The notes beneath the pieces are model-generated. The model did not search any database, was not told the DNA's origin, and saw nothing but the letters and a program-made list of their open reading frames with translations. Shown here piece by piece: positions 43,613-55,499 of a stretch of 64,000 nucleotides of DNA (its first letter is position 1; every line of letters starts with the position of its first letter). The position numbers and the translations under genes are program-made. The DNA comes from Flectonema sp. DT1601. Lineage: Eukaryota. The stretch is taken from contig OZ025789.1 of the NCBI GenBank assembly GCA_964019425.1, positions 186,001 to 250,000 on the forward strand, given 5' to 3'.

Positions 43613-44086
43613 TTTCTTTTTTTTTTCTTTTTTCAAAGTCGAAGTTGAAACTGTGGGGGTAAAGTACATAATTAGGACTAAGTTAACAGAAGATCTATTG
43701 CGGTACGACCTGATACAAGAGAAGAGACTCCCCTACAAAGGGTAATTGTCCCTGTCCCCGCTTGATGCATTTCAAGGGACAATCATTCCTTCAAAAAGAG
43801 ACGACTACGTCATCCGGGGCCGGTTGACATGGTCGACAGGATCGTCACTGTGTTGCCAGTTGTCTTTACTGCATATGAAAAATGAAATTTAAGAAAAAAC
43901 AAACAGTCACATCAGGGCATTAACGCGATCATATATAGTTAGTCAGGGTAGTTAGAGGACGAATATTTTTTTATAACCGAATTGTTAAATGTTTAATTAG
44001 TTTTAACCTAAACAGGATATAATAAAAGACGAGAAGAGGGAACAAACTGCGCCATGTAATTCGATGGTAGATCTCGGATTGCGATC

Positions 44087-44088
<2 letters not shown>

Positions 44089-44120
<32 letters not shown>
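44089..44120. repeat. (AG)n microsatellite, about 16 units
   Basis: Directly visible. Confidence 0.95.
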
Positions 44121-44124
<4 letters not shown>

Positions 44125-44187
44125 CAGAGAAAGAAAATAAATCGGAAATCATATTTTAAAAAAGCAGTTTCCTCCTTTAATTTTACT

Positions 44188-45132
44188 TTAGCAGAACTCG
44201 ATAATTGTTACATCTGGTGGGCAGAATAATCGAATACCCTGATGAGCGCCCACCCCCCTGGAAACGATAAGGGTAACGTCTTCTGACAGGTTGTGTTTTC
44301 CTGATGCCCAGTTCCAGTTGCGAACCACTTTCCCAAGACGAGCATATTTAAATTTCATAAAAAAATTTGGTAAATAATCAAAAAAAAGTTTTGCTTTTGA
44401 AAGAACTGGAGTTCCATTTGGAAAACAAATTTGACCACCGTGAGTATGCCCTGATAATATAGTCACAGAGACAGTGGTTAAGGTCTGTGTTCGGTGAGAA
44501 ACCACCCAATTGTTTATTAACTTTGCACTGTCTGGATTGTGACTTAGAATAATCAACTGCGATTCATCTTCCATTTCATTGATTGACGATATAATTGTTT
44601 CCTTTGCCTTTGACCATTCAGGTTGAGTAACGTCAGCCAATCCAACAATATGAAATTCAATTCCATTTTTTTTAATTATTTTTTTTTCATTTTGAAGCAT
44701 CGTGACCCCATTAACTGACAGATTATGTGATATTTGAGAAGGATAGAAACGATCATGGTTTCCCAACGTTGCTAAAATCGGAGCCGTAGAAACAGATTTT
44801 ATGATTGGAATCCATTTGTCACTAAACTGCTTTGAAGGAGGGTGATCTCTTTGAACGTAATCCCCCGTCAACACGATCACATCGGGTTGTTCTTTTTCAA
44901 TGAAATTCACAGCTCTGGTCAAAGCTTCATTCAAGAACGCTTCACCTTCTTTGTAATGAATATCTGAAAGTTGAGCTACTTTTAATTTAGTATCACTGTT
45001 TTGATCACCAACCTCAAATCGTTGAATTACTAACTCACCAGCATTTCGTTCCAAACGAAGCTTCAGAAGACGAGCACCATATCCTAAAATGATAATTAAT
45101 ACACAAACACTAGTCAATAATGTGTTATTCAT
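44188..45132 (-). CDS. Calcineurin-like metallophosphoesterase (YkuE/YaeI-like) with N-terminal membrane anchor
   Basis: Motifs SDIH, GDYV, GNHD, SHNPD, SGHTHGGQ and VSRGVG...R; hydrophobic N-terminal helix. Confidence 0.93.
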   Translation of the reverse strand: MNNTLLTSVCVLIIILGYGARLLKLRLERNAGELVIQRFEVGDQNSDTKLKVAQLSDIHYKEGEAFLNEALTRAVNFIEKEQPDVIVLTGDYVQRDHPPSKQFSDKWIPIIKSVSTAPILATLGNHDRFYPSQISHNLSVNGVTMLQNEKKIIKKNGIEFHIVGLADVTQPEWSKAKETIISSINEMEDESQLIILSHNPDSAKLINNWVVSHRTQTLTTVSVTILSGHTHGGQICFPNGTPVLSKAKLFFDYLPNFFMKFKYARLGKVVRNWNWASGKHNLSEDVTLIVSRGVGAHQGIRLFCPPDVTIIEFC

Positions 45133-45255
45133 GTTTTTTTTTTTTTTTTTTTTTCACCTGTTATGAAGTGTACAACAAACAATTTTGAGGGTACCAACCG
45201 TACTCATACTAAACACAATCTGTTGTGGATCACTTTTTTTTTTTTTTTTGTATAT

Positions 45256-46792
45256 CACTGGCTCCGCGTAAGAGTGATAAACTTGCTCCCAGTATAAAAT
45301 AAATGTAGCAATTAGGAGAAAAAAAGGTCAACCTCGGCGGCTTTTTTTTTTTTTTTTTTTTTTCCAGCGAGGTTCCATGGGATTGAAATTTCCTCTACAC
45401 CAGTATCTGCCAACACACTTTTGTGCTGATCTTGTGCTTGATGCAATCTGTAACTCCGGGGAGGAAAATAGTAAATCGGGTGTTTTTCTGGCTTTTTGGT
45501 ATGACTCTGATTCAAATAAAAAAGAAATCGGGTTATGAAACCTTAACGAGTACCAATGAATGCCAGTTATGATTGTTTTTGCACCTGTAACACCGTATGT
45601 GACTATGCACTGCGCACCTTTGTGTGTGTAGTCCACAGGGGTCTGACCTGCTCCGTTGTATTTGTAAGATTTTGCAAGCATGCTCTAGAAAGGTGCGACC
45701 CCCATGCACCCTCTTGGAATAAGAACTGTGGTGGATACTGTGTTCCTTATTCTGTGACTTACAGTTACGGCAGGCACTCTGGTATTGAGCACTAGTGAGT
45801 CCTAACTCCCTCTGCAACACCTTGAGATTCCCCACATTGTAAATAACCATCTGTCAGAAGGCGTGATTCTCCCATCAATTGTGAATAACCTCAGCAGACT
45901 GACAGGTATGTTCATCCTCAGATTCGAGTTCAGGCTGCGAATGGGAACCCGAGATAAGGGCTGGCACATTAATGACTGCGTCAGCAGCCCCGATACCCTT
46001 TCGTAGTTCTGTTGCAAGGGTCACACTACACGTTTTGCACAGGCACCTGTCAGGGGAGAATGAAGGAATCCCATGTTTGCTCTCAGCGTATCCTCGGTTC
46101 ACCCCACGGGGTATCAAGCTTAGCTTCTTCTGCTTTCTATTGCCAGTAACCTTCCTACACTTGTACCCATCCACTGCACATTGGTATTTCCCACCTGTCC
46201 GGAAGTTTCCATCCCCCATACCCGCGAGGCACCTGAAACATGTCGCTTTTCCTGTAGTTTTCTTCGCCAGATACTTCTGTAGATAACTCGGAAGAGCCTC
46301 AATCTTTTCATCAGCACTTCCCGCACAGAAACAGCAGATAGGTCTCTCCTCCTTCGGCATGTTATATTTTGACTATGTAGGACACATATGAGACATTTCT
46401 TTGGTACACGTTCACCCCACTCTTTCCCACCAACCTCGGCCGCATTTGACCCCACTAACCCGGGGAGTTCTAAGATTTTGGGATGGCAAACTAAAGATGG
46501 CTTAACCATCTTTAGTTTGTATTGTTCGCAAGAACAAGCAAAAAAGTCCGACTTATTGGAAATTGGCGTTGTGGACTTCTGGGAGTATGATCCGCTTTTC
46601 TTGCGGTTCCCATAAATCGGGATCAAATAAAAAAGGGTTATGGCCTGGTGGCCCAAAGTACACCAAAAAAATCCAACAAAAAGTGGCCCAAAATACACCG
46701 AAATCAGGTGCTGAAACCCTCACGAGTACTATCTAACTAAAAGTGATAATTTAGTTAAGAAAATTATCACTTTTTTTTACGTGGAGCCAGTG
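45256..46792. mobile_element. 1537-bp non-autonomous DNA transposon with CACTG termini and ATAT target-site duplication (Chapaev/CMC-like)
   Basis: Left end CACTGGCTCCGCGTAA; right end reverse complement CACTGGCTCCACGTAA (15/16). Both are followed by AGTGATAA. ATAT flanks at 45252-45255 and 46793-46796. Confidence 0.85.
45875..46360 (-). pseudogene. Cys-rich zinc-binding ORF within the transposon, likely a truncated transposase N-terminus
   Basis: CCFC...CFRC...C...C...PDRCLCKTC. Followed by in-frame stops and broken ORFs (45533-45850); no DDE core seen. Confidence 0.55.
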
Positions 46793-47037
46793 ATATTTGA
46801 ATCGTGCTAATGGTTTGTAATGTTATCTGTAGTGATTTATAATTAGATAAAGGCGAGATAATAAATAATAATAAAAATAAAAAAACATTTTTTTCACTAA
46901 AAAAGGTTAATATTTTTTTTTTTTGTAACATGGCTGGGCTACTTTATTTGAAGGCAAGGGGGTAATAACAAATTTTATTTTATTTTTCAATTTATTTTTT
47001 TTTTTTCAAAAAAAAAAAAAAAAAAAAAAAAAAAATT

Positions 47038-49134
47038 CTACAGCAGAATATTAAAATGACCAGTACCTGTATCCCTAATAGTGAGTGCTGGATTAATTAC
47101 TCTTGCAATGGCTGTTAGAGTTTCAAGTCCCAAGGCTGCAGCAAATTCACCGTCACTCAAAGGAAGTTCACCCCCATTCCAAGCTAAATCAATGTCGCGT
47201 ATATTTATATTATTCTTAATAAGAATAAGAAGCTCTGCAGAGGTTCTTAGAATCGGACCAAGTGATAACTGAACAAGTGATTGAGGAAGTATTGGTGATA
47301 TAAAACTAATCGTTGAGTCCAACGCATCAGTTCCAGTCGATGACGACGATGATTTGAGTCCCATAATGCCAAGTCTTCGTAAACATGGAAACTTTATACC
47401 AACATCAGTAAACACATTATGTGTTAATGAATTTCCGAGACCTTTACCAGAAGTGGCATCATGAAGGTGTAAGTGTGAGATATGACTTTCCCATGAATAT
47501 TCACCCGTCTCAGGGTGTTTTTGTAACCACGGAGGAGATAACAAATCATCATCTACAGTACTGTCTGACAACATGTATAACTCCAGTCTGTCTAAGAATG
47601 GACAGCTTCTTAGTAATTCCCAAACAACTACATTAGAAACATCCCCGTAAAGAACAACAACTTCTAAGTTATGAAGCGATGAATTAGTCTGCAATTGCTT
47701 CAACAACACTGGTTGAAGTACTGATAGTGAGGATTGCAAGACGAGGGTATTCTTACCAAAAACTCCATCATACGACGTCCAGTGTGGATCCCATCCAGCA
47801 GCTTCAACTTGTAATTCTTTTATAGTAAACAACTCATAAACAGATGATAATGTCACAGCTGATATCTGACTAGGGAGGGAGTATTGATCCCACTTCTCAG
47901 CTCCATCAGATCCAGACTTTAAACGAAGCCTTTGAATACCAGGACACCTTTCGTGTAATGTAACCACATCTGGTTTAGTCCACTTAAAAGAAGCAGCAAC
48001 TGTTAGTTCTCTCAGTTCCTTAGAATTCCAAAGAAGGTTTAGTATGACTTTTGGATGTTCAATCGCAGGTGAACCTCTCTCAAAGACATGAAGACCAACT
48101 AGACTTGGGAGGTTGCAGTATTCTGTAAATGACGTCGCACCAACTCCTTCAAGTCTCAAAACTTTTAATAAAGAATGATTACATGATTGTGATGATGGAA
48201 GCTGTGTCGTACTACTATAACCTCCTAAACACACCGTATGTAATTGTGGACTGCTATCTAATACTGTCGATAGGACTCCACTGTTGGGTGCCGATCCGTC
48301 TGCTCCGTCGTCACAGACTTGAACAAGTTCTTTCAAACCAGAGCATCCTGTTGTGATTTCTTGGATCAAAAACAGAGGAGCACACCCTGCTATTTCAACA
48401 CTTTTTATGTGAGGGGAAGTTCTGAGAATGAATCCCAAGACTCCGCAAAACCTTTCTCCAATTGAGGCGTTTAAAACTAATGATTTTAATTTCAAACCCG
48501 CAGTAGACATCCTCATCAGTAACACTGAGAGGTATCTTTGAAATTGAATTTCACGAAGATCCAATCTTTCAATAGCGATTGGAACACTTCTCCTCATTGC
48601 GACACACGATGCTTGAAATGAAACAATATCAGAAAACGTACAAAACGAACAAATTGGAGTTAAAACTTCAACAGGAAGCATTAAGAAATGAGTGGTTGAG
48701 ATATCACTACAGCAAGGTTCTGGTTTTATTCTTTTAAACAGTTGACCAGCACGTCTTTTCTTCCTTTTTCGTTTTGTTTTAAGAAACATGAAATCACTTG
48801 AGTGTATAACAGGTGTAGTTGGTTCAGACACAAGAGAAGGTGTCTGAGAACCTTCACCACGTCCATAACTTCTCAGCGAAGCAGTCTTTGATGCGGTTCT
48901 CCCATCACTTGTAGAACTGTTATCGCTGTATACATTGGGTTCTTCCAACCTCCATTCTGCTACGGATTGTGGTACAGCTGAAGTGTTTATTCTATTAGCT
49001 GCTTCTACTGGAGGAGGGCTCTTCAGTCTTGTGTCGTCGTGATCTTTATCACAAACTGAAACCCCACCAGGGTACTCTATTTCACCATCTCCGAATACAA
49101 AACAAGTTTTCTTCTCACTCCAACCTGCTGACAT
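47038..49134 (-). CDS. F-box/LRR-like protein
   Basis: FLMLPVEVLTPICSFCTFSDIVSFQASCVAMR is F-box-like. Downstream LxxLxL repeats (LKSLVL, LKVLRL, LRELTV, IQRLRL, LRRLGI) and a basic NLS-like KTKRKRKKRR. Confidence 0.85.
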   Translation of the reverse strand: MSAGWSEKKTCFVFGDGEIEYPGGVSVCDKDHDDTRLKSPPPVEAANRINTSAVPQSVAEWRLEEPNVYSDNSSTSDGRTASKTASLRSYGRGEGSQTPSLVSEPTTPVIHSSDFMFLKTKRKRKKRRAGQLFKRIKPEPCCSDISTTHFLMLPVEVLTPICSFCTFSDIVSFQASCVAMRRSVPIAIERLDLREIQFQRYLSVLLMRMSTAGLKLKSLVLNASIGERFCGVLGFILRTSPHIKSVEIAGCAPLFLIQEITTGCSGLKELVQVCDDGADGSAPNSGVLSTVLDSSPQLHTVCLGGYSSTTQLPSSQSCNHSLLKVLRLEGVGATSFTEYCNLPSLVGLHVFERGSPAIEHPKVILNLLWNSKELRELTVAASFKWTKPDVVTLHERCPGIQRLRLKSGSDGAEKWDQYSLPSQISAVTLSSVYELFTIKELQVEAAGWDPHWTSYDGVFGKNTLVLQSSLSVLQPVLLKQLQTNSSLHNLEVVVLYGDVSNVVVWELLRSCPFLDRLELYMLSDSTVDDDLLSPPWLQKHPETGEYSWESHISHLHLHDATSGKGLGNSLTHNVFTDVGIKFPCLRRLGIMGLKSSSSSTGTDALDSTISFISPILPQSLVQLSLGPILRTSAELLILIKNNINIRDIDLAWNGGELPLSDGEFAAALGLETLTAIARVINPALTIRDTGTGHFNILL

Positions 49135-49682
49135 CGGATTTGATCTCTACCCGTGACTGTGTGAGAGAGGTGAGGGTTTTCATTAAACTTCATTAAAACA
49201 ACAACAACAACAACAACAACAAAAAGAAACTGATGAAATTATCGAAGTCTACAAGAGCTTTTCATGTGTCGGTCTTTTTTTTTTTTTTTTTGTGTCAGTG
49301 AAAATAAACTAATCAACGCTAAACAAAAAGGAAAAAAAAAAAAAAAAAAAAAAAAAATAGAACTCTTATATTTAAAGGGAAAAAAAGAAAACGGAAACCA
49401 AAGAAAAGGTTTTCACTCTGAAGAAAGTACTTATTATATCATTTCATTAATTTATCGAAGTCAGAAAACCAAAACCTTTGAAAAAGTTCTCACGAGAAGA
49501 GTTGTTTAACAGCGAGACTTTCACAGGTGAGAATTAATGTAACAATAATAGATAATGAAGTCAATTATTTTCCATCTTCTTCAAGACCAGGTTGGCAGAT
49601 GTCAATCAGACAAGACTCTTTTCATACCTCACTATAGTGGCAGCCACTGACTCACTCTTACGAGCGATGAAAGGCGGTACTG

Positions 49683-49769
49683 CAACGTGAATAGACCCAA
49701 ATCCCTGTTAGGATAGTATTGCTTTAGACCAATGAGTCATCCTGAACACGGCATGTTATTGTTTAGATT
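49683..49769. repeat. 87-bp dispersed repeat, copy B (possible retroelement 3' end)
   Basis: Matches 34831-34917 and overlaps the end of a short plus-strand reading frame terminating ...AMKGGTAT*. Confidence 0.9.
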
Positions 49770-51444
49770 TCAAACACGTTGTATGAGTAATACAACCGAA
49801 CAGGACAATTTTAAAAAAAAAAAAAATTAAAAAAACAACAAGAAAGTGTCTGTTAGAGTTAGAATCACACGCTAAAAAGCAGCTAAGGAAAACATAACTT
49901 GTGATGAGCTCTTTTTTTTTTTTTTTTTTTTTTTCATTTTACAAGTATTGTAAAAATGAAAAAGAATGTTTGGCAGCCCACGTAAACCTCCTTTAGCTTC
50001 ATCAGTTTTTAAGTCCGTTCACGGGGGGTTTCGTGACACAAACAAAACATCACAGTGTTATATTACTATTTTTTTCTGTATAGTTTTTAGATAAAATCAA
50101 TTTTTTTCTTTTCTTGCTTGAAAACAAGGAAGAAACAACAACAACAAAAAAAAAAAAAAAAAAAAAATCCCGGTCATCCTCTCAGCTCGGGTCTTCCCTG
50201 CCGCTGTTTGTTAGCGATCGGAGTCAGAAAGATAAGAGAGACGTCATTTTATTATTATTTTAAGAGACGAAAGAAAAAGAGTTTCTATTTTATTTTCCCA
50301 TGGGTAACTTTTGATACTAAATATACCGAAGGGGAAAAACAAAACAAAACAAAAAAAAAAAAAAAGATTAAAAAAAACAAAACAAAGACAGCAAATAACA
50401 TAACACTACGAAGACCCTTTTCACGTACGCCTTCCTTGCGCACGGAATGCGACCCGCAACAAAGTTTTTTTTTTTTAACAATCGTAGGTGCTAAAAAAAA
50501 GGCTAGAAAAGGGATGACTCCTCCGTGTGCTCAAAAAATAACAATGGGGGAATATAAATAAAACGAGGATTTTAATCACCTTTTTTTAAGAAGTACAACA
50601 CAGTTCATAACCACAAACATAAAAAAAAGAAAAGAAAAAAACAAGACCACAACAAGACGAATGACCAAAACAAAACAAAAACAGAGATGGTCCCGCCAGG
50701 GGTACTCATAGTAACGCCGTTTACGCTGAATCAACAAAAGCAGCCTGGCAAATAAACTTACCATATCAAAAATTCACGAAGAAACAAGAAACGAAAACTG
50801 GAGTATAAAACACATATTTTTTCAACTTTTTTTAACCAGAATAGATTCACAGATTATTATTATTTTTAATTTTTTTTTTTTTTTTTTTTGAGACCTCTCT
50901 TTGCCACCATATCACAAGCCAACTCAACGGCTTTCATGTATTGCGCATGTCAGAACAACAAGTACCTCATTTATTTCTTTCACTTCACAGATGAGAAGAA
51001 ATATGGATACCGACGTTGCTGAGACTTCGACAATATTATTAATACTACCGTATTAGATAGTTTTTTTTTTTTTTTTTTTTTAAAGGACGCAAAGAGAGTT
51101 TTCTCAAAAAAAACTAAAAAAAAATATATAAAAAATGAGAGGTTGACCCTGCACATCCAGGCCACTCCCTTGCAGAGATTGTAACCCCGGAAGGTTAACA
51201 ATGATAACTTGTAGTAGTCAATTTGTGTATTTTTGTGTACGCGCAACCCGGTACAAAATCCTAATAAAGGAATAGTAACGCTGCCACAATTCTCTTTCTA
51301 CCGAACAAGACTCTGAATGAGGATAAGGTCGTTGTACAGATACCAATATTTTGATAATTGCCGATGTGATGGAAAAAAATACCATCCACCCTAACTACCC
51401 AAAAGAGTTGTGTCCTCTCATTTCTAATGGATAACCCCTTCTTT

Positions 51445-54400
51445 TCATACCAATAACAAATCAGGTTCTGAATTATTATTCGAAGATCTTTTTATTTTTG
51501 TTATCTCCTCCGGTACAGTTGGATCATCAACCAATCGTATGTAGTCCACGGTAACTTCACTCATGTCGTAGTTCGGAGGATAAAAGAACGAAGGCATCAT
51601 CTCCACCTCACTAAACACACTGTCATCATCATCCCTTGTTGTAAATAAAGCAATGTTAGGTAATGGAAGAGGGGGTTCATCGTGTTGAATAAAATTCTCA
51701 CACGGATCTGAAATTGAATTCTTAAACAAATACGTCTGCAGTAGTAAACTATAGTAGTCTGATTGTTCATTAAAACCACACGACTGATCTTGAACAGAAT
51801 GAGATCTACCGCAATGCATGTATCTAGATTTTAATAATTGATGTACAGGTGAGATCGTATCATAAGGGATACCAGAATCTCTAAAGTCTTGCGAGTGGTA
51901 ACGAACAAAATCACATCTCTCAACCCAAACTGACAACCCTGATATCCAACTATTTCTTATAGAGATGAAGGGAGTCTCCAAAGCCTCATATTTAGTATCA
52001 TATTCTAACATTAGTAGGCAATACGCTAATTCAGAGGTTCTCTCAGCACGAAGTACATCAGATACCCAAGTAGTCTTATAAAATGAAGGCCATAAGTATC
52101 CACCTGCTTCAAGTTTTTCTTTCATACATATCAACTCAAGTCTAATCTGAGACGGATATATAAACTCGCCTTCATCAACTGGAATTGAACGGTAGTTTGC
52201 ATTCCAGGCGACGTAGATTCCTAATAAAGTGATACTAGCACCGATTAATAGACCAGTAACGACTCCGTACCGTATCATTGTAGTGATAGACACAACGACA
52301 CACGATAAGAATATTTTAAAAACGAAAAAAACGAATGAAGTGCAAGGAGGTTCTTTATTAATGATCAAACTAGCCAACATTACGACAGAACAATTAATAA
52401 AAATTGCGGTGTGAACGACGACAGGACTGTCGATCGCAAATATCAACGCAGTTATGAAATTCGACATCGTCAACACAGTTCCGTAAATTGAAGTCGGGGA
52501 GACATCTTGAATCCATCGATATTCAAATTCAGGTACCACATGGTAATGATTACTACAGCATCCTAAGAATGAAATAAAACACAAACTCCATATTAACAAG
52601 TTTCCAATATCACCGTTTTCTCTTCCATCCTTTGAGACTTGTTGGTGTCCTCGAATTATCCCGAAGACCAACCCATCTCCAATTAGATTGCTGTACACAT
52701 ATAAATATCCGTGTCTTGTACGCAACGTTACCGTGAGACTGACGACACTCAAATATAATATTGTTAACACGAGTGTTACAGTTGGAATGCTCTTTAATAA
52801 AAGACCATTCGCTATTGATTCGCATTGAGATCCTTTCCAGTTGATGTGATTCTCAGAATGGACCGCAACATAAATAGCAACCAACTGAACTGCCTGAAAA
52901 ATCGCAGATATGAACTGAATAGCATTTACCCATGTAGGTCTTACTAGGTTCCATGTTACAAAAGATCGAGTGTATCCTGGACACCAAACCCCATACATCG
53001 TAGCGATATTGATTATAAAAAAAGAAACCATGACGAGTAAAAAATTAAATTCATCGTTCATCCTCATAAACATAAACGACGTAAACGCTATAGTAGTTGT
53101 CAGTATTACAACGCATCGAATGAAAAAACTTTTTCTCGTTCCGTCAGATTGTTGATACCTGCCGTACGAAGCCAACCATATCGCTAAAGGAGTACAGAAC
53201 ATTATAATGCTACCTTGTATGTGAGCTCCAATGCTGACATTGCTCAAATCAGCTGCTAAAAATGAAACAAATCTATTCATCACAACTCTACAGGCAGTCG
53301 CGCTCCGAGTTTCTCTTATCGTTCTGTAACAGTCAATGATCATGTAAGGAGCATATTTGACCGTCGCTATCAACAGCAAACACTTTAAAAACATTTCTAC
53401 GTCTTTTAGGATTTCATCAAATTGTAATCTCAAAGCCAAGACTGGGTTAAACCAGAACCAACTGTTTTGATATGCAATTGGAAGTCTATAAAGTGTTATT
53501 ATAGTAAACAATGAATAAACGTCGTAGAGTCGTCTGCCTTGTGATATGTAAGTTAGTATCGATGTGTTTTTAAGAGGTGTGAAGTCAGGTTCTTTTCTAG
53601 CCTTCTTCCTGTCGTAGATTTTTATGCGATACAAAAAATCCCATAAACGGAGTTGAATTCTTTCAGTGTTTCGTTTAAACATTCCTAAATAAATTTGAAA
53701 GGTAGTGTTATCAGATTCAACGATTGCTGCGCAGGGTATGGTCCAACCTGAGAAGTCTACATCACCTTCTCCTAAACCAATCCAAGCACTTGGATCGTAC
53801 CCCAAACCAGCTTCATGTTGATACAGTCTGTTGTTGTTGTTTTTTTATGTTGTTTTTTTTCCAGTGAAAAAAAACTTTTTTTTTTTTTCTTTTTTTTTCC
53901 ACATACCTAAACCTTTCAAGCAAGACTCTTTTATACGCATAACATACTTCTATTACGTTAGCTTGGTGATCACTTGTTAAAAGAGTGTTGCTGTCTGCCT
54001 TTGATAATCTCCTTGTATAATCATTCATGTATAAAACACTACTGTAGAATCCAGGAAATGACCACCAATCTTGCTCTGATGCACCTGTTTATTTATTTTA
54101 TTTTTTTGACAACAAAAAAAAAAATCAGAAGTAAGTCAGACATACCATTGAGATCTTTCATTTCCTTGTCGATGTGTTGAAGTGTCAGGTTCATTATTTG
54201 TTCAACGTGCTCCAGTGAGCATAATATTTCAGTTATGTAGCAATTAATGATTTCCATATGGATTTCCTCTTCAGTTATCATCTTATATCGAATTGCTTTA
54301 TATAATCTCCATGGGAACAGGAGGAGGTACACGGCAGTCAAACTGAGTTCCTTTCCCTCACATTTCATACTTTTTTTTTTTCTTTTTTTTTTTTCCCGCA

Positions 54401-54906
54401 GATTCCCGTGTGGGGGAAAGGAGGGAAAAAAAAAAAAAAAAAAAAAAAGTTATCGAACGACTGGGGGAAAAAAATAATAATAAAATGGATCACCCCCACA
54501 CTCCACGAGACGGAATTAAACCAACTATCGTCCAACGACGTGTCAGACTCCATGCCCTTCTGCCTGTCAGAGAAAAGAGTAAATCTGGACAATCGGGTTC
54601 CATAAACATCTCATATTTTTTTGTTGTGGATTGCAGGTCCTCCGACGCGGAAATGGTGAACCCCAATGGCAGTAGCTTTCCGTTTGCGTCCAGACCCAGG
54701 CTCACCAATAACACACCACGAAACGACTCAAAAAGACCACATGCGTCCGAGAAAATTACTGGTAGCAGGTAATCAACCGTCACAGGCGGCAGAAACGCCC
54801 AGAAGCAGCTGGCGAAAACCAGATCACTGCGTCGTTCAATGGAGAATGTCATCTCCGGATTCTTCCCCGGGTCAACTGTTCTGATTTTGTAAAACACCAA
54901 CTGCAT
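51445..54906 (-). CDS. Multi-exon polytopic membrane protein; supported exons 53827-51445, 54084-53907, ~54369-54146, 5' exon(s) uncertain
   Basis: Many hydrophobic segments. GTATGT...CAG introns 53828-53906 and 54085-54145 join the exons in frame. The link to the ORF at 54490-54906 is unresolved. Confidence 0.7.
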
Positions 54907-55499
54907 TGCATCACCGAGAGTAATCCAACACCTCGTTATCAGTTATGGTGTAGAAGTAAGTCAGTCTGTTGGGGGGGAAGAAACAGATGCATAAATGGTA
55001 AAGATTTTTTTTTTTTTTTGATAAAAGAAGAAAGTGGAAATCACTCCGTCTTACAAGTGAGCAAGAGATCAAACAGATCAAATACTAAAACAGATACAGG
55101 CGTACAGTTCTCGTGGCCTTTTGGTGCCGAATACAATTCAGATTCAAAAGCAGATATTTCTTATGGCCATGACTCACTTCCCTCTGTCTGATCTTCAACA
55201 AAATATAAGGCCCCCAGTCTTTACCTCAAGTAATTACCGTTACCAGGGGGTCACAGACAGACCACAATAAGAATATAAAATATAATACAAAAAAAAACGT
55301 TTCCCTCATCCTGTTTCTGACCCCTCTCTACGTCGACCAATCAACAATGCTTGAGATAGTACAGATATAAATATAAAAAAAAATATGAAATAAGCGTCTG
55401 CTCAGATCACATTGTTAGATCTTTGAAAATCAACTTTTTTCTTTTTTTTTAAATAAAAAAAAACTCTTTCCAAAAAACTAACAATAAGAGAAACAAACA

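Noticed and set aside
43745..43783. 9-bp inverted repeat ATTGTCCCT/AGGGACAAT
   Set aside because: Isolated hairpin with no other supporting motif or second copy.
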